Position numbers and translations under genes: made by a program. A model generated the notes under the pieces. That model made no database searches and was not told where the DNA came from. It was given only the letters and a program-made list of their open reading frames with translations. A stretch of DNA of 64,000 nt, from the NCBI RefSeq assembly GCF_006345805.1, contig NC_043002.1:7812001-7876000 (forward strand), written 5' to 3'. The DNA comes from Octopus sinensis. Its lineage: Eukaryota. Numbering within the stretch: the stretch's first letter is position 1; every line of letters begins with the position of its first letter. This document shows positions 38,980-52,189 of this stretch, in pieces.

Positions 38980-39986
38980 TGTGTGTGTACTTATATAATT
39001 GTGATCCCTAGAGGGGAGCTCAAACCAATTCTAAACATGAAGTAGAAGGTATGAAAATATCTTGAGCGTGTTTGAGATCTATAAATTTTAATTTTATCCC
39101 TTGATTAGAAGCGAAGTTTCCCTCTCTCTTTCTAACTCTCACTCTCTCTCTCTCTCTCTCTCTCCTTTTCTCTCTTTGCGCCTTTCATGCGGATGTGTGT
39201 GTATCAATATGTATCTTCTTATCTCCGGTGGCAGTTTCTTCCCTTCCTTTTCACCTTCTTTACTTCTTTGGCGTCTTTTCTCCATTTGCTCATGCCAAAC
39301 ACTTTATAGCAACGATTTGTGATATGATCTTTAAGCTTCAGTCATATAAATAAAATAAAAAATACAAATTAAAACTCGTAACTTTGATCTGCTTAGACAA
39401 CATCAAAAGTATCAAGTGTCTTAGTTGAGTATAGTGTTCCAACATATCATCAGAAGTATATGTTCCGAAAGACGGGATCACCGAGAGCTAAGAAGGATTT
39501 TGCATGACATGTGTGAATTGGCGGGGTAGATGGGTAGGTTGGGTGGTGTGAGGGATGTGGGTTGGTGAGTAGATGAAGGGCCATATGAATGTGGCCATGG
39601 AGTTCAACGTCCGAAAACTTGGTAAAACTGTTTTTTTCTTAGACGTTTTTGCTGCTTTTTTTGCAAGTTTTCAATTTTATTAATTTATTATTTGTTTCTG
39701 TTTTTCTTTTTAAAGTAGTTTCTTTATCATCCATGTGTAAAGATATCAAGGGTCGATGGGTGAATGGAATGATAGTAATTGTGTGTGTGTGTGTGTGTGT
39801 GCGTGTGTGTGCGTGTGTGAGTGTGCACGCGCGCGCGTGTGTGTTTAAGATTATATATATATATATATATATATATACTATATTATATATATATATATAA
39901 TAGATAGATAGATAGAAGATAGATAGATAGATAGATGCATATATGATCATGAAGGTATACGTACCTTCGTACACATGCATATATAC

Positions 39987-40023
<37 letters not shown>

Positions 40024-40765
40024 GATATATATACATACATACATATATATATATATATTATATATATGTATGTATGATCATGAAGGTATACATACTTTCG
40101 TACATATGCATATATACTTACATGCGTGTCTGCGTGTGTGTGGGCGTGTGTGTTTGTGTATGTGTGTGTGTGTGTGTGTTTAAGATGTGTACGGTCACAG
40201 CAATCGTTTAGCGTGTCTGGGTCTGATCAAGCTACCAGAACACAAATAAGAAGGGGACGCGCGCAAGGTTTCGGTTGAGCACACCTGTCACGGCATCATA
40301 TGGATTGCTGGAAAGAGTACATTAGCAGAGTCAACAAGAAAGCATGCTGGAACTTAGCTACAGTGATTAAGTGGTAAGGCTTCGAGAAGACGGCCTTAAT
40401 CGTCATTGGAATACGCTCGAGCGTAACGTGCGATAGAAATATAGCTCCTAACTTAGACAAAATAATGGCGATACCTATTATTAATTTCTGCTGTTACCCC
40501 ATGCTGGAGGTCAACCAGTACAAGTCATTAGTCTGATAAAAGGCAGATAACAAACTAAGCTTAACACCTGTAGACCGAACCAACCGTTGCTTCAGTCAGC
40601 ACACGATATGTTCAATAATGGAACTTCTATGTGGTGTCACATAACACTAAAGTTACTGATTGTCACACAATTAAAAATCATCGGTTTCTAATTCATGCAC
40701 CCTAATACAATCTCAAGAAATTGAAACCTCAAATCTTTGTTTTCCTATTAAGAATTACTCGTTAG

Positions 40766-40821
<56 letters not shown>

Positions 40822-40865
40822 TATATATATATAGATATATATATATATATAATATATAATACGTA

Positions 40866-41092
40866 TATTTCTTGTGCCCACAAGGGGCTAAACACAGAGG
40901 GGACAAACAAGGACAGACAAGGGGATTAAGTCGATTACATCGACCCCAGTGCGAAACTGGTACTATATTATCAATCCCGTATGGATGAAGGGCAAAGACG
41001 AGCGCGGCAGAATTTGAACTCAGAACGTAACGCAGGACGAAATACGCTAAGCATTTCGCCCGGCGCGCTAACGTTTCTGCCAGCTCGCCGCC
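40866..41092 (-). mobile_element. SINE family A
   Basis: Reverse complement of the consensus. Confidence 0.9.
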
Positions 41093-41132
41093 TTTTATAT
41101 ATATATAATATAGGTGTGTGTGTGTGTGTGTG

Positions 41133-41163
<31 letters not shown>

Positions 41164-41752
41164 TTAAGATGTGTACGGTCACAGCAATCGTTTAGCGTGT
41201 CTGGGTCTGATCAAGCTACCAGAACACAAATAAGAAGGGGACGCGCGCAAGGTTTCGGTTGAGCACACCTGTCACGGCATCATATGGATTGCTGGAAAGA
41301 GTACATTAGCAGAGTCAACAAGAAAGCATGCTGGAACTTAGCTACAGTGATTAAGTTGGTAAGGCTTCGAGAAGACGGCCTTAATCGTCATTGGAATACG
41401 CTCGAGCGTAACGTGCGATAGAAATATAGCTCCTAACTTAGACAAAATAATGGCGATACCTATTATTAATTTCTGCTGTTACCCCATGCTGGAGGTCAAC
41501 CAGTACAAGTCATTAGTCTGATAAAAGGCAGATAACAAACTAAGCTTAACACCTGTAGACCGAACCAACCGTTTGCTTCAGTCAGCACACGATATGTTCA
41601 ATAATGGAACTTCTATTTTGGTGTCACATAACACTAAATGTTACATGATGTCACACAATAAAATCATCGGTTTCTAATTCATGCCCCTATATACAATCTC
41701 AAGAAATTGAAACCTCAAATCTTTGTTTTCCTATTAAGAATTACTTCGTTAT

Positions 41753-41789
<37 letters not shown>

Positions 41790-41801
41790 TATATATATAA
41801 G

Positions 41802-41848
<47 letters not shown>

Positions 41849-41852
41849 GTAT

Positions 41853-42082
41853 ATTTCTTTGTTGCCCACAAGGGGCTAAACACAGAGGGGACAAACAAGG
41901 ACAGACAAGGGGATTAAGTCGATTACATCGACCCCAGTGCGAAACTGGTACTATATTTATCAATCCCGTATGGATGAAGGGCAAAGACGAGCGCGGCAGA
42001 ATTTGAACTCAGAACGTAAACGACAGACGAAATACCGCTAAGCATTTCGCCCGGCGCGCTAACGTTTCTGCCAGCTCGCCGC
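41853..42082 (-). mobile_element. SINE family A
   Basis: Reverse complement of the consensus. Confidence 0.9.
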
Positions 42083-42163
42083 TTTTATATATTATATATA
42101 TAGGTGTGTGTGTGTGTGTGTGTGTGGTGTGTGGTGGTGTGTGTGTGGTTTGTGTGTGTGGTG

Positions 42164-42195
<32 letters not shown>

Positions 42196-42625
42196 TGAAT
42201 ATGATGTATGTAGGTATGTATGTATGCATGTATGTATTATGCATACCTATATACATATATACGTGGGCGCGCGCGTATCTTTATGTTTGTGCACCCACAT
42301 CTTGTAAACCGGTGTTGGTTTGTATGCGTCCCCGTAACTGAGCACTCTTTGCTCGGTTACAGAAGCGCATAAGTTTTCCAACAGGATCGACTAAACTTTT
42401 CAGAAGCTTATCAATTGCTGGCAAGGTCACAGTATTTCTTTTTGCAACCATAATACACTGCTAAGTATATTACAAGATTAACAATTCAGCACTCCGCCGT
42501 ACCTTGTGTTAGCCGTGCGGTGTTCCTGATATTCTTGGCATGAGATATAAACTGAAAAGTTTCTTCTAAGCAGCATCCCAACATACCTGTCGTCCTCTAT
42601 CTGAACAAGTAAAATAAATAACAAA

Positions 42626-42717
<92 letters not shown>

Positions 42718-43097
42718 ATTTATTTATTGGCCACACAGGGCTAAACACAGACGAGACAATTACAATGTAGAGTTTTTCTTTTCGAGGGGGGCGGGCGAAA
42801 ACAAAGGTAAAAAAATTGGGCCAACGACCAAAATGGATCGAAATCGTTGAGGATATATGCAAAAAATGTCGAAATAGTACAAAATGTTCCCAAGAAATGG
42901 GGAGGTTTATCTGGGGAAAGAAAAACCTACGAAAAGACCACAGTAACCTCGGGACATTACGTCACACATTAACATTTATTTACAAATAAGTAACTCTCTG
43001 TATTAAATTTTTTTACAGTTCATTGGATCATGCTCAAGGTGGCTTCGTCATTCATTCGTGCCATCCTTGCTACATTTACCCATCTTTTTTGGAAACA
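42718..43097 (-). mobile_element. short 3' fragment of a Tx1/L1-like LINE inside a (GATA)n array
   Basis: 43020-43097 matches 59280-59350; (TAGA)n at 42628-42716 and (GATA)n at 43101-43152. Confidence 0.8.
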
Positions 43098-43100
43098 GTC

Positions 43101-43154
<54 letters not shown>

Positions 43155-43599
43155 GTAGGTAGGTAGGTAGGAAGGTAGGTAGGTAGGTAGGTAGGTATGT
43201 AGGTTGGTAGGTAGGTAGGTAGGTAGGTAGGTAGGTAGGTAGGTAGGTAGGTCGGTAGGTAGGCAGATGGGTAGGTAGGTAGGTAGGTGGGTAGGTAGGT
43301 AGATATGGCTGTGTGTAAATCCTTTCTGATTTCTAGGAAATTTGACTGCTATTTCTTGCCGGTCAAATAACTAGTCATTCTCCTTCACTGGTCCGATAGC
43401 TTTACTGGTTGGACTCTCTGAGTGCGCGCGCACTCGTGTGCATGGGTCTGTGGCGAGTTGAATGTCTCTGTATGCACGCATGTATAAATATACACAAGCG
43501 TGAAACAAACTGAGATTGCTTATCAATATCTTGTGAGGTAATCATGATATTTAATTCTGCGTAAATGTATCATTTTTAAGCACTACATTAATTATATTG

Positions 43600-45480
43600 T
43601 CTGTCACAGAAATGTACTTTTTAAAAAGCTATTACCTTCGGCACAAGATAAACAGTTTTTTCTTGACAGTTTTAATTTTTTCCACATTAATCATTGATAT
43701 AAAGATTGCACTGGAATCCAACAGTTGAACATCCAACTACTTATGAGAGATACAAGGGATTTTCCACCAGCAGTTAAGGTTGGAATCAACATCTAATCTT
43801 GAAATGTATTGATGGACATTTCGGATCTTTGGTGGACGGGAACTTGGAGTCTCTTGAACTGAAAAAAAACGTTCTCAGGAATTCTCAGAATTAATACGTT
43901 TTCATCGCCGGTACATCTGGAAAGTGTTGCGATACCACGAACACATTAACTTCCAGTTTTGTTCCATTGGACAGTATCTGATTGATCTAAATAACGAAGG
44001 TTCGTGAAACATGTTTCAACTTATAGATTTAGACATTGTGGTGAGACAGGCGGGGGTTCTAGAAGTCCACTACATTGAATTTAGAATTAACTGCCTAAAC
44101 TAGATTAGAAACTGTTGTCATCTGCTGTAGCTCTGTTCCTTATCAAGGTGTTGCTGCAAATGTATACTCTTACTCTTTTACTTGTTTCAGTCATTTGACT
44201 GTGGCCATGCTGGAGCACCACCTTTAGTCGAGCAAATCGACCCCAGGACTTATTCTATCGGTCTCTTTTGCCGAACCGCTAAGTTACGGGGACGTAAACA
44301 CACCAACATCGGTTGTCAAGCAATGTTGGGGGGGACAAACACAGACACACAAACACATACACACACTTACATATATACGACGGGCTTCTTTCAGTTTCCG
44401 TCTACCAAATCCACTCACAAAGCTTTGGTTGGCCCGAGGCTATAGTAGAAGACACTTGCCCAAGTTGCCACGTAGTGGGACTGAACCCGGAACCATATGG
44501 TTAGTAAGCAAGCTACTTACCACACAGCTCCGCCTACGCCTGTATATTGATAGCATCAATAACATTGTTCATTGCAGTTGAAATATTACTCTTTTACCTT
44601 ACCACCTCTGATTCTGATAGATTTCGGAAATGTTTGCGAAGACAATTTCCTTCAGCTCATCAAACACTAATGCTGTTATACTGACGTTCTTATGGTTGTT
44701 CTTTACAGTGTATCTGGTTCGAAATAATTATTTCCCACTCTGAATACTTTATTGGTAAAATTGCCAAAATTATTCTTCTCCGGGAAGATGCGTTCTTAAG
44801 AATGGTGGCTAAATGTAATCTCGTTATATCAAAGGCCTTAATTTCTCAGCGTGTGTGCCACTTGGAATATCAATGCTTGTCGGAAATTTCCTTCCAAAAC
44901 TAAAGCAGCTGATCCATTATATTTTGTTCCGATAGATATCTTGCAGTGTCTTGTCTAAAGTTTATGATCCCAAATGATAATTCTTTATCTTCTTAGAATT
45001 TCTGATACACAAGTTTCTTTATAGATATTGACATTTTCATTTGCCGCCAGGCTTCAAATGCAGTTTGAGCCAGTTTGCAATCCCAGAAATGCAATATTCT
45101 GCTTTTGACGAAATATTGCCAACAGGCTGGTAAGAAATTCCTTCTCACTTCCTCTTGATGCTAAAAGAGAAAATACTGAACTTTTCTGAGATTAGACATT
45201 ATCGAATAATTTTAAGTATGATAGTGTTTGACGAGTATTAACAATAGCTCATTATTTGCAAACTTGTTGATAAGGATCTTCAACACTGTAAGAAGTTTCT
45301 CTCCAAATCTCGCTAAGAAGACATTGTCCTGATTCCATTTAAATTTAAGGATGGTACATATACTTGGAATGTTCTTCATCGGAGAACTTTGAGTTCCTTG
45401 CATCATGAAGTAGTTTGGACGAGCAGTTTTCCAAGAAGATGTTTTAAAATGTCAGGATAACTGTCTACTGGGTAACCTCG
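43600..45480 (-). mobile_element. decayed Helitron PIF1-like helicase region, split by a SINE
   Basis: Frameshifted minus-strand motifs: FSLLASRGSEKEFLTSLLA (Walker A-like), IIIWD, LDKTLQDI, GNFRQAL, VFANISEIYQNQRW, GDENVLILRIP..FQFKRLQVPV. Confidence 0.8.
44167..44540 (-). mobile_element. SINE family C inserted in the Helitron helicase
   Basis: Paralog of 30341-30752; tgtata flanks both sides (44161-44166, 44541-44546). Confidence 0.9.
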
Positions 45481-45770
45481 TTTTCTCCTACTGCAGTTGT
45501 TTTATTCCGAGTGGTAAGGTATGAGTTCAGAAGACATACAAAGTGTACTTACAACGGAATCTCCTGACACACTTTCAAGAATTCAGTCAGAGTTGAAGTG
45601 ATATGACATATTTTCCATTAGAAGAAGACGATATTGTTCCAACTGTCCTCATCTTTGCTCCACAGTTTAGGAGTACCTCTCACGTGTAGTGAATAGCCAC
45701 AGTACTTCTCTTAGAAGTAGGGGCTAAATATATGTATGTGCATCAAGTCCATCAAATATGGGTGCAAATC

Positions 45771-45990
45771 GAGCTGGCAGAGACGTTAGCACGCCGGGTG
45801 AAATGCGTAGCCGTATTTCGTCTGTCGTTACGTTCTGAGTTCAAATTCCGCCGAGGTCGACTTTACCTTTCATCATTTCGGGGTCGATAAATTAAGTACC
45901 AGTTGCACACTGCGGTCGATGTAATCGACTTAATCCGTTTGTCTGTCCTTGTTTGTACCCTCTGTGTTTAGCCCCTTGTGGGTAGTAAAT
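45771..45990 (+). mobile_element. SINE family A
   Basis: Near-consensus. Confidence 0.9.
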
Positions 45991-46109
45991 ACATATATAT
46001 TTGTGTGTGTGTGTGTGTGTGTGTGTGTATCTATGAGAAAATTTTTGTAGAAGGCTATCACCTGCTTTTCCACTGCTGCTGAATATTTGTTTTAATATTT
46101 TGCCCCTCT

Positions 46110-46305
46110 AGGGCGCCGAAGCACACCGAACAAAATACTTAGTGGCATTTCTTCCGACTTTACATTCTGAACTTAAATGCCGCTGGGATTGATTCTGCCT
46201 TCCATCCTTATACGGTCATTAAAATATATACCAGTTGAGCACTGGGGTCGATACAATGGACTTATACCTTCTTGAAAAATGCTGGACTTGTGCCAAAAAT
46301 TGGAA
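46110..46305 (+). mobile_element. degenerate SINE family A variant
   Basis: tttacattctgaacttaaat...tccatcctt..ggtc...gagcactggggtcgat...tgtgccaaaaattggaacc. Confidence 0.55.
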
Positions 46306-46629
46306 CCAGTATTCTCCCCCATCTTCCTGCTCCTCATTTGAAAGCTTTCTAACTTCCCTCTGTTTCTTCCCTTCCCTTCTCCCCCCCCTCTCTCTCTCTC
46401 CTTTCCATATCACTCTATCACTTTCTATTTTGTTATTTCGAAGGTAACGGTTTTAGAGGATTCATATAAAATTGCTACTGATTATGCTGGTACGACATAT
46501 GATTTAAAAGTTTCAAGCGTTAGATTAAATGTTGCGGATGCATATTCCAAACACGTCCATGATGAAATGTCGTCATTCCTTTTTATGCTACAATTTTCTA
46601 TAATTATGTTTCCTTCACATAATTCTCTG

Positions 46630-47300
46630 AGAAAAAAGATTTGCCGGATGTACACCTTTTGATTTGGTTAAAAATTAGATTCACTTCAATCAAATTGATT
46701 TTATCACATCTGCAGAGTTTCAAGACCAACAGGAAGAAATAGTTCTTCGATGTTGTCATAACCCAGATGTTTTGCATCTCCGAGCACCTTGAACGGGAAT
46801 TTAATTTGCAGGAAAGAGAACAAATGTGCCAAGCAGCTTCCGAGAAACAAGGAGGATAATCTTTCCTCTAAAAGAAGAAGAGTATCAGAAAACAGGGGCT
46901 TACAAACATTGGTTTGACAACATGAAGTTAACAAGAGATTAATACTTCCCTGTTGTCAACGACTGATCAAGACGTTTACTGCACATATTAATGATCAGGT
47001 CTGCCTTTCATCAAGTCCAGCAAATATGTGTGCAAATCGTATATCAAGGGACCTGTTACTGCATGTTTGCTTGAACTCAGTAAAACAGCTTCGATGAAGT
47101 TACCCAATTCAGCCAATGCAACAAGAGCACCAAGGTTTGTCATGGTATCTCAGCATAAAATAAATTACCAGCCATTTGGAAAATAGGTAGCGGGTCCACT
47201 TAAGTGAAGCAAATGCCGCATAACAATCACAAAATTTAAAGGACACAACACTTACAGCTTTTTTCAGTCTATGCCACTTTGATTTCTGTATGAAAATGAT
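46630..47300 (+). mobile_element. decayed Helitron Rep region
   Basis: KKDLPDVHLLIWLK (cf. KRGLPHAHILIWL), QIDFITSAEF, AHIN, SHLENR*RVHLSEANA, DTTLTAFFSLC. Confidence 0.8.
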
Positions 47301-47341
47301 GACGCAGTCGAACAACCAATCTCAACCTGTCGGTATTTAAA

Positions 47342-47570
47342 GGCGGCGAGCTGGCAGAAACGTTAGCACGCCGGGCGAAATGCGTAGCCGTATTTCGTCT
47401 GCCGTTACGTTCTCAGTTCAAATTCCGCCGAGGTCGACTTTGCCTTTCATCCTTTCGGGGTCGATAAATTAAGTACCAGTTACGCACTGGGGTCGATGTA
47501 ATCGACTTAATCCGTGTGTCTGTCCTTGTTTGTCCTCTCTGTGTTTAGCCCTTTGTAGGTAGTAAAGAAA
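47342..47570 (+). mobile_element. SINE family A
   Basis: Near-consensus. Confidence 0.92.
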
Positions 47571-48177
47571 CAGATAGACAGGCAGGCAGGTAGATACAGA
47601 CAGGCGGAGACAGGCAGAGACAAAGGGAGAGACAGACAGACAGGCAAACAGAAAGACAGACAAATAGACAGACAGAGAATGCTTTATACTTGGATTGCTG
47701 GATAATAATAATGCCCCGTGTGATGCAACATAATCAGCTGTTTGTCTCCAACAGCAAGGAGTTTTAGTGTTCTTTCCTCCATCTTTTAACCTTGTGAACT
47801 ATCATCTGTTTAATCTTGGGCTGAAGTATCATCACGACCTTGTCGAAAATTTCTAGCATCAACCTCAACAGGTGTATTCGAACATGAATACAGGGTACAC
47901 AAGTGAAATCTACCACGCGGTGTTCATAGGCAAAAATACAAAGCGCCAAGAAATTTCGAAAGGGCATCATATAATGTTACAATATTCATAGCATATATCT
48001 AATAACAATGGACCCAAATTCACTCTTGACAAGAGGGTAGTCTATCCAGCGAATTTTTACAGATTCCAAACAAGAAGCTGGAATTTACTTTCTTTATGCA
48101 TGTGATGCAAGAGAAAAGACATTTCTGAACAGTTTATAGCTGTTAAAGTCCTCAAATATTAACCATCTATCTATCTG

Positions 48178-48260
<83 letters not shown>

Positions 48261-48261
48261 C

Positions 48262-48348
<87 letters not shown>

Positions 48349-48971
48349 GGTATAAAAAAAACAGATACACGTATAGATTCATATACATACAATCAACAGA
48401 TCAGTAAATAAACAGATTGTTAGAAAGATAATTTGTTAGTGAACAGTAAAAACAAGAGAAATTTCGATATCTCGATGGTTAGATAAAGAAACACATATTT
48501 ATTCAATATTAATGTTGAGAGATAAGAGTGTTTTATTGTATACACAAGCATGAACTCATATTTATACATACATACATACATACATATATACATACATACA
48601 TACATACACACATACATACACACATACATTCATACATACATACATACATACATACATACATACATACATACATACATACATACATACATACATACATACA
48701 TACGTACATACATACACAGCGAAGATTGTTCAAAGAGAAGTAACGCTCTGTTGAATTTGAGAACACGTTTTAACTTGCCGGATGAGAGAATCGTATAATT
48801 ATTGCTGCATGGTTTGAAGAACTACCATTAGGTTACCTGTAATTAAGAAATGAGAAGAGTAAGTATGAAAAACAAAGGTGTGAAAAGTGAGAGTATGTTT
48901 GACGGAGTGGAACGTCAATAGAAAAACTAATAAAGGCAAAAACAATCTGGCATGAAGTGGATGTACAGGTG

Positions 48972-49003
<32 letters not shown>

Positions 49004-49704
49004 AGGGTATATATGTGTATTTTTGTATATGAATGTGTGTGTGCATGTGTATGTATGTACGTATGTATGTGTACATATGAATGTATATTTACACGCACAC
49101 ATATATTTACAACCCAGGTAAACAAGTCAAGGCATAGAAGAGAAAGGGAAAACAAAAGAAGAAGAAAGAAAAGAAAAGGAGAGGCTTAAGGAGCAAAATG
49201 GAAGCTATTTGGTCGAAAAGTTCGATGCCTGAGACAAGGATAATATAACAGATGATAAAGGAAACGAATGATGTAAAGATAACAGCCAACAGATGGGTAG
49301 CATGTTTTTTTTTTTCGTTTTTTTCGTATTTATCGCTCTTCTAGAGCTTAGTCCTCGCTTCTTTTTTTTGTTTTTTAATCTGGCTATGTATAAAGTAAAC
49401 ACGGCTGACTGCAGGGTGGATGTATTTTGCATTCTAGTCCACATCGCTCTAACAGAACTTCTCGACTTAGTCACCTTAAGTCAAACATTAGACTTATAGT
49501 TTTTTATCATCTCTCTCTCTTTCTCTCTTTCTCTCTCACTCCCTCTCTCTTTCCTTATATATATATAATACAGGATAAAATTTTTTCGAAAAAAAATGTT
49601 TATCAATGGCCAGCATATTAAAAAATACCTTTAAAGGTTAAATTTTTTTAAAGGTTAAATTTCCATGGGTATAAGTAAGTATTTCATTTATTCCTGTGTC
49701 TCAT

Positions 49705-49760
49705 TTATCACTGACGAAGAGAAGATTCTTATGAACTAACTCTGAAATCGGGTCCGATAT
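49705..49760 (+). ncRNA. type I hammerhead motif in a pLTR-like repeat (49660-49905)
   Basis: ttatca-CTGACGA-agag..ctct-GAAAT-cgg-GTC-cgata; A-C mismatch at the first stem I pair. Confidence 0.5.
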
Positions 49761-49904
49761 TGTAATAACGGAATATTTTAGAAATTTCTGTCGGCTTTCT
49801 TCGATACATGTGCTTATAGTGATGAATTATATGATTATAGACGATGTGTCTAGTTTCAGCATATTTGGCATTAGAAATTTTTTCTTTTGCCCTTGTTTAT
49901 AAGT

Positions 49905-49991
<87 letters not shown>

Positions 49992-50996
49992 CAAAGAGGT
50001 TTAGAGTTAATTTAGCAAAAACCAAAGTCTTAGTAAGTAGGAAAGGAGACAAATCTCAAATTCCTTCAGGTAAATGGCCCTGCTCAATATGGTATAGGTA
50101 GAAACTCCATAAGATGACCGGTGTTAGCTATGGACTCATATGAGAAGTAGCAATATCAGAGGAAGGTAAACAATAAAAATAGTCTTTGTGTATGGCAGAT
50201 GTACATGTACAATAAACACTACAAATGTACAGAAAATAGACTCCATCACATACCAGTTGGGATATTTAAAAGTAGTTGATAGCTTCTGTTATCTAGGTGA
50301 TCAAGCTGCTACAATAAGAACAGGTTGGGCAAAGTTCAAAGAGCTTTTACCTCTGTTGATAACAAGGGGCTTCTCCCGCAGAATGAAAGGCAGATTTTAT
50401 GATGCCTGTGTGCGAACAGCCATGCTCCACGATAGTGAAGCGTGCGTGTGAAGGCTTGAAAAGAATGAAGGTAGTATGCTTCGCTGGATGTGCAATGTCA
50501 GTGTGCATGTACGACAGAGTGTGGCATCAGATGTGGTGTGCATGAGAGACGACTGCACTGGTATGGTCATGTGATGCGTATGAGCGAGGACAGCTGTGTA
50601 AAGAAGTGCCGATCTCTAACTATGGAGGGAACCGGTAGAAAAGGTAGACCCGGAAAGACATGGGACGAGGTGGTGAAGCATGATCTTCGAACGTTGGGTC
50701 TCAGTGAGGGAACGAGAAGTGACTGAGACCTTTGGCGATATGTTGTGCTTGAAAAGACCCGTCAAGCCAAGTGAAATGCTAGTCGTGACTGTTGCCAGTG
50801 CCACGCGCTGGTGGCATGTAAACAGCATCCGCTACACCATTGGAGTGGTTGGCGTTAGGAAGGGCATCCAGTCGTAGAAACCATGCCAAATCAGACCGGA
50901 ACCTGGTGCCACTCTCCGGCTTACCAGTTCCAGTCAAACTATCTAACCCATGCCAGCATTGAAAGCGGACGTTAAATGATCATGATGATGATGATA
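49992..50996 (+). mobile_element. 5'-truncated RTE-like LINE with 3' UTR and (GAT)n tail
   Basis: RVNLAKTKVL..KWPCSI..VVDSFCYLGD..IRTGWAKFKELLPLL..YDACVRTAMLH..RRLHWYGHVMRM..GRPGKTWDEVVKHDL. Confidence 0.9.
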
Positions 50997-51041
50997 CATA
51001 CATACATACATACATATATACATATACATACATACATACAT

Positions 51042-51074
<33 letters not shown>

Positions 51075-51136
51075 CATACATGTGTTAATTTTACTATAGC
51101 AGCATATTCATCAGCTTAATATTTTCTTCATTTCAG

Positions 51137-51170
<34 letters not shown>

Positions 51171-51174
<4 letters not shown>

Positions 51175-51495
51175 CGCAAGGTAAAAAGCACCATCCGAAA
51201 GTGGCCGATGTCAGTGCTCCTGACTAGCTCCCGTGCCGGTGGCACGGAAAAAGTACTACCCGAACGTGATCGATGCCAGGCGCACCTGACTGGCTCCTGA
51301 GCCGGCGTCACGTAAAAGAGCATCCACTACACTCTCGGAATGGTTGGCGTTAGGAAGAGCATCCAGCTGTAGAAACATTGCCAGATCAGATTGGAGCCTG
51401 GTGCAGCCGCTGGCTTTCTAGACTTCAGTCAAACCGTCCAACACATGCCAGCATGAAAGACAGACGTGAAACCATGATGATGATGATGATGATGA
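51171..51495 (+). mobile_element. related LINE/SINE 3' UTR fragment with (GAT)n tail
   Basis: ggttggcgttaggaag(g/a)gcatccag..gtagaaac..tgcca is shared with 50845-50990. Confidence 0.75.
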
Positions 51496-51599
51496 TATAT
51501 ATATATATATATATATTGGTAAAAACGGTAAGATAACAAAAGAAAGAAAGAGACGTCAATATTATGTAAATAGAGGAAATTTATCTGTAAAATAAGATG

Positions 51600-51668
51600 G
51601 CCAGATAACCGAAGAGATGGAGTTGCGGATTTCCACCTCGGCATCGAAACTCAGAGTTTCATCTTGGC
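51600..51668 (+). ncRNA. type I hammerhead motif, U4C, long stem I
   Basis: gccagataa-CCGAAGA-gatg..catc-GAAAC-tcaga-GTT-tcatcttggc. Confidence 0.55.
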
Positions 51669-51751
51669 AACCGAATAATTGTCACGTATCAATTTACAGA
51701 TATATATATATATATATATATGTATAAGGGTGGAAAGGAACACACGAGTTG

Positions 51752-52189
51752 ATATATATGAGAAAACAAGTCAAAAATAGAAAATGCTAAGATGATTTTA
51801 TAGTGAATCTTTCAGTACCGGTTTCGATCATTTTGAGACCTTTTCAACTGTAACGATTAAATAATTAAATTTAGAAAAATTAGAAGAAAGTTTTTTTAAA
51901 AGAATATTTCTGTAGTAGTGTTCAGATATAAGTAGCATTCTGCCTTTCTCTGACTCCCTTGTTTGCACTTGTCGAACACACAAGTGCAAACAAGGGAGTC
52001 AGAGAAAGGCAGAATGCTACTTATATCTGAACACTACTACAGAAATATTCTTTTAAAAAAACTTTTCTTCTAATTTTTCTAAATTTAATTATTTAATCGT
52101 TACAGTTGAAAAGGTCTCAAAATGACCGAAACCGGTACTGAAAGATTCACTATAAAATCATCTTAGCATTTTCTATTTTTGACTTGTTT

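Larger units (their letters stand above)
40179..42105. repeat. tandem duplication, 984-bp period, each unit ending in a family A SINE
   Basis: tttaagatgtgtacggtcac at 40179 and 41163; colinear throughout. Confidence 0.95.
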
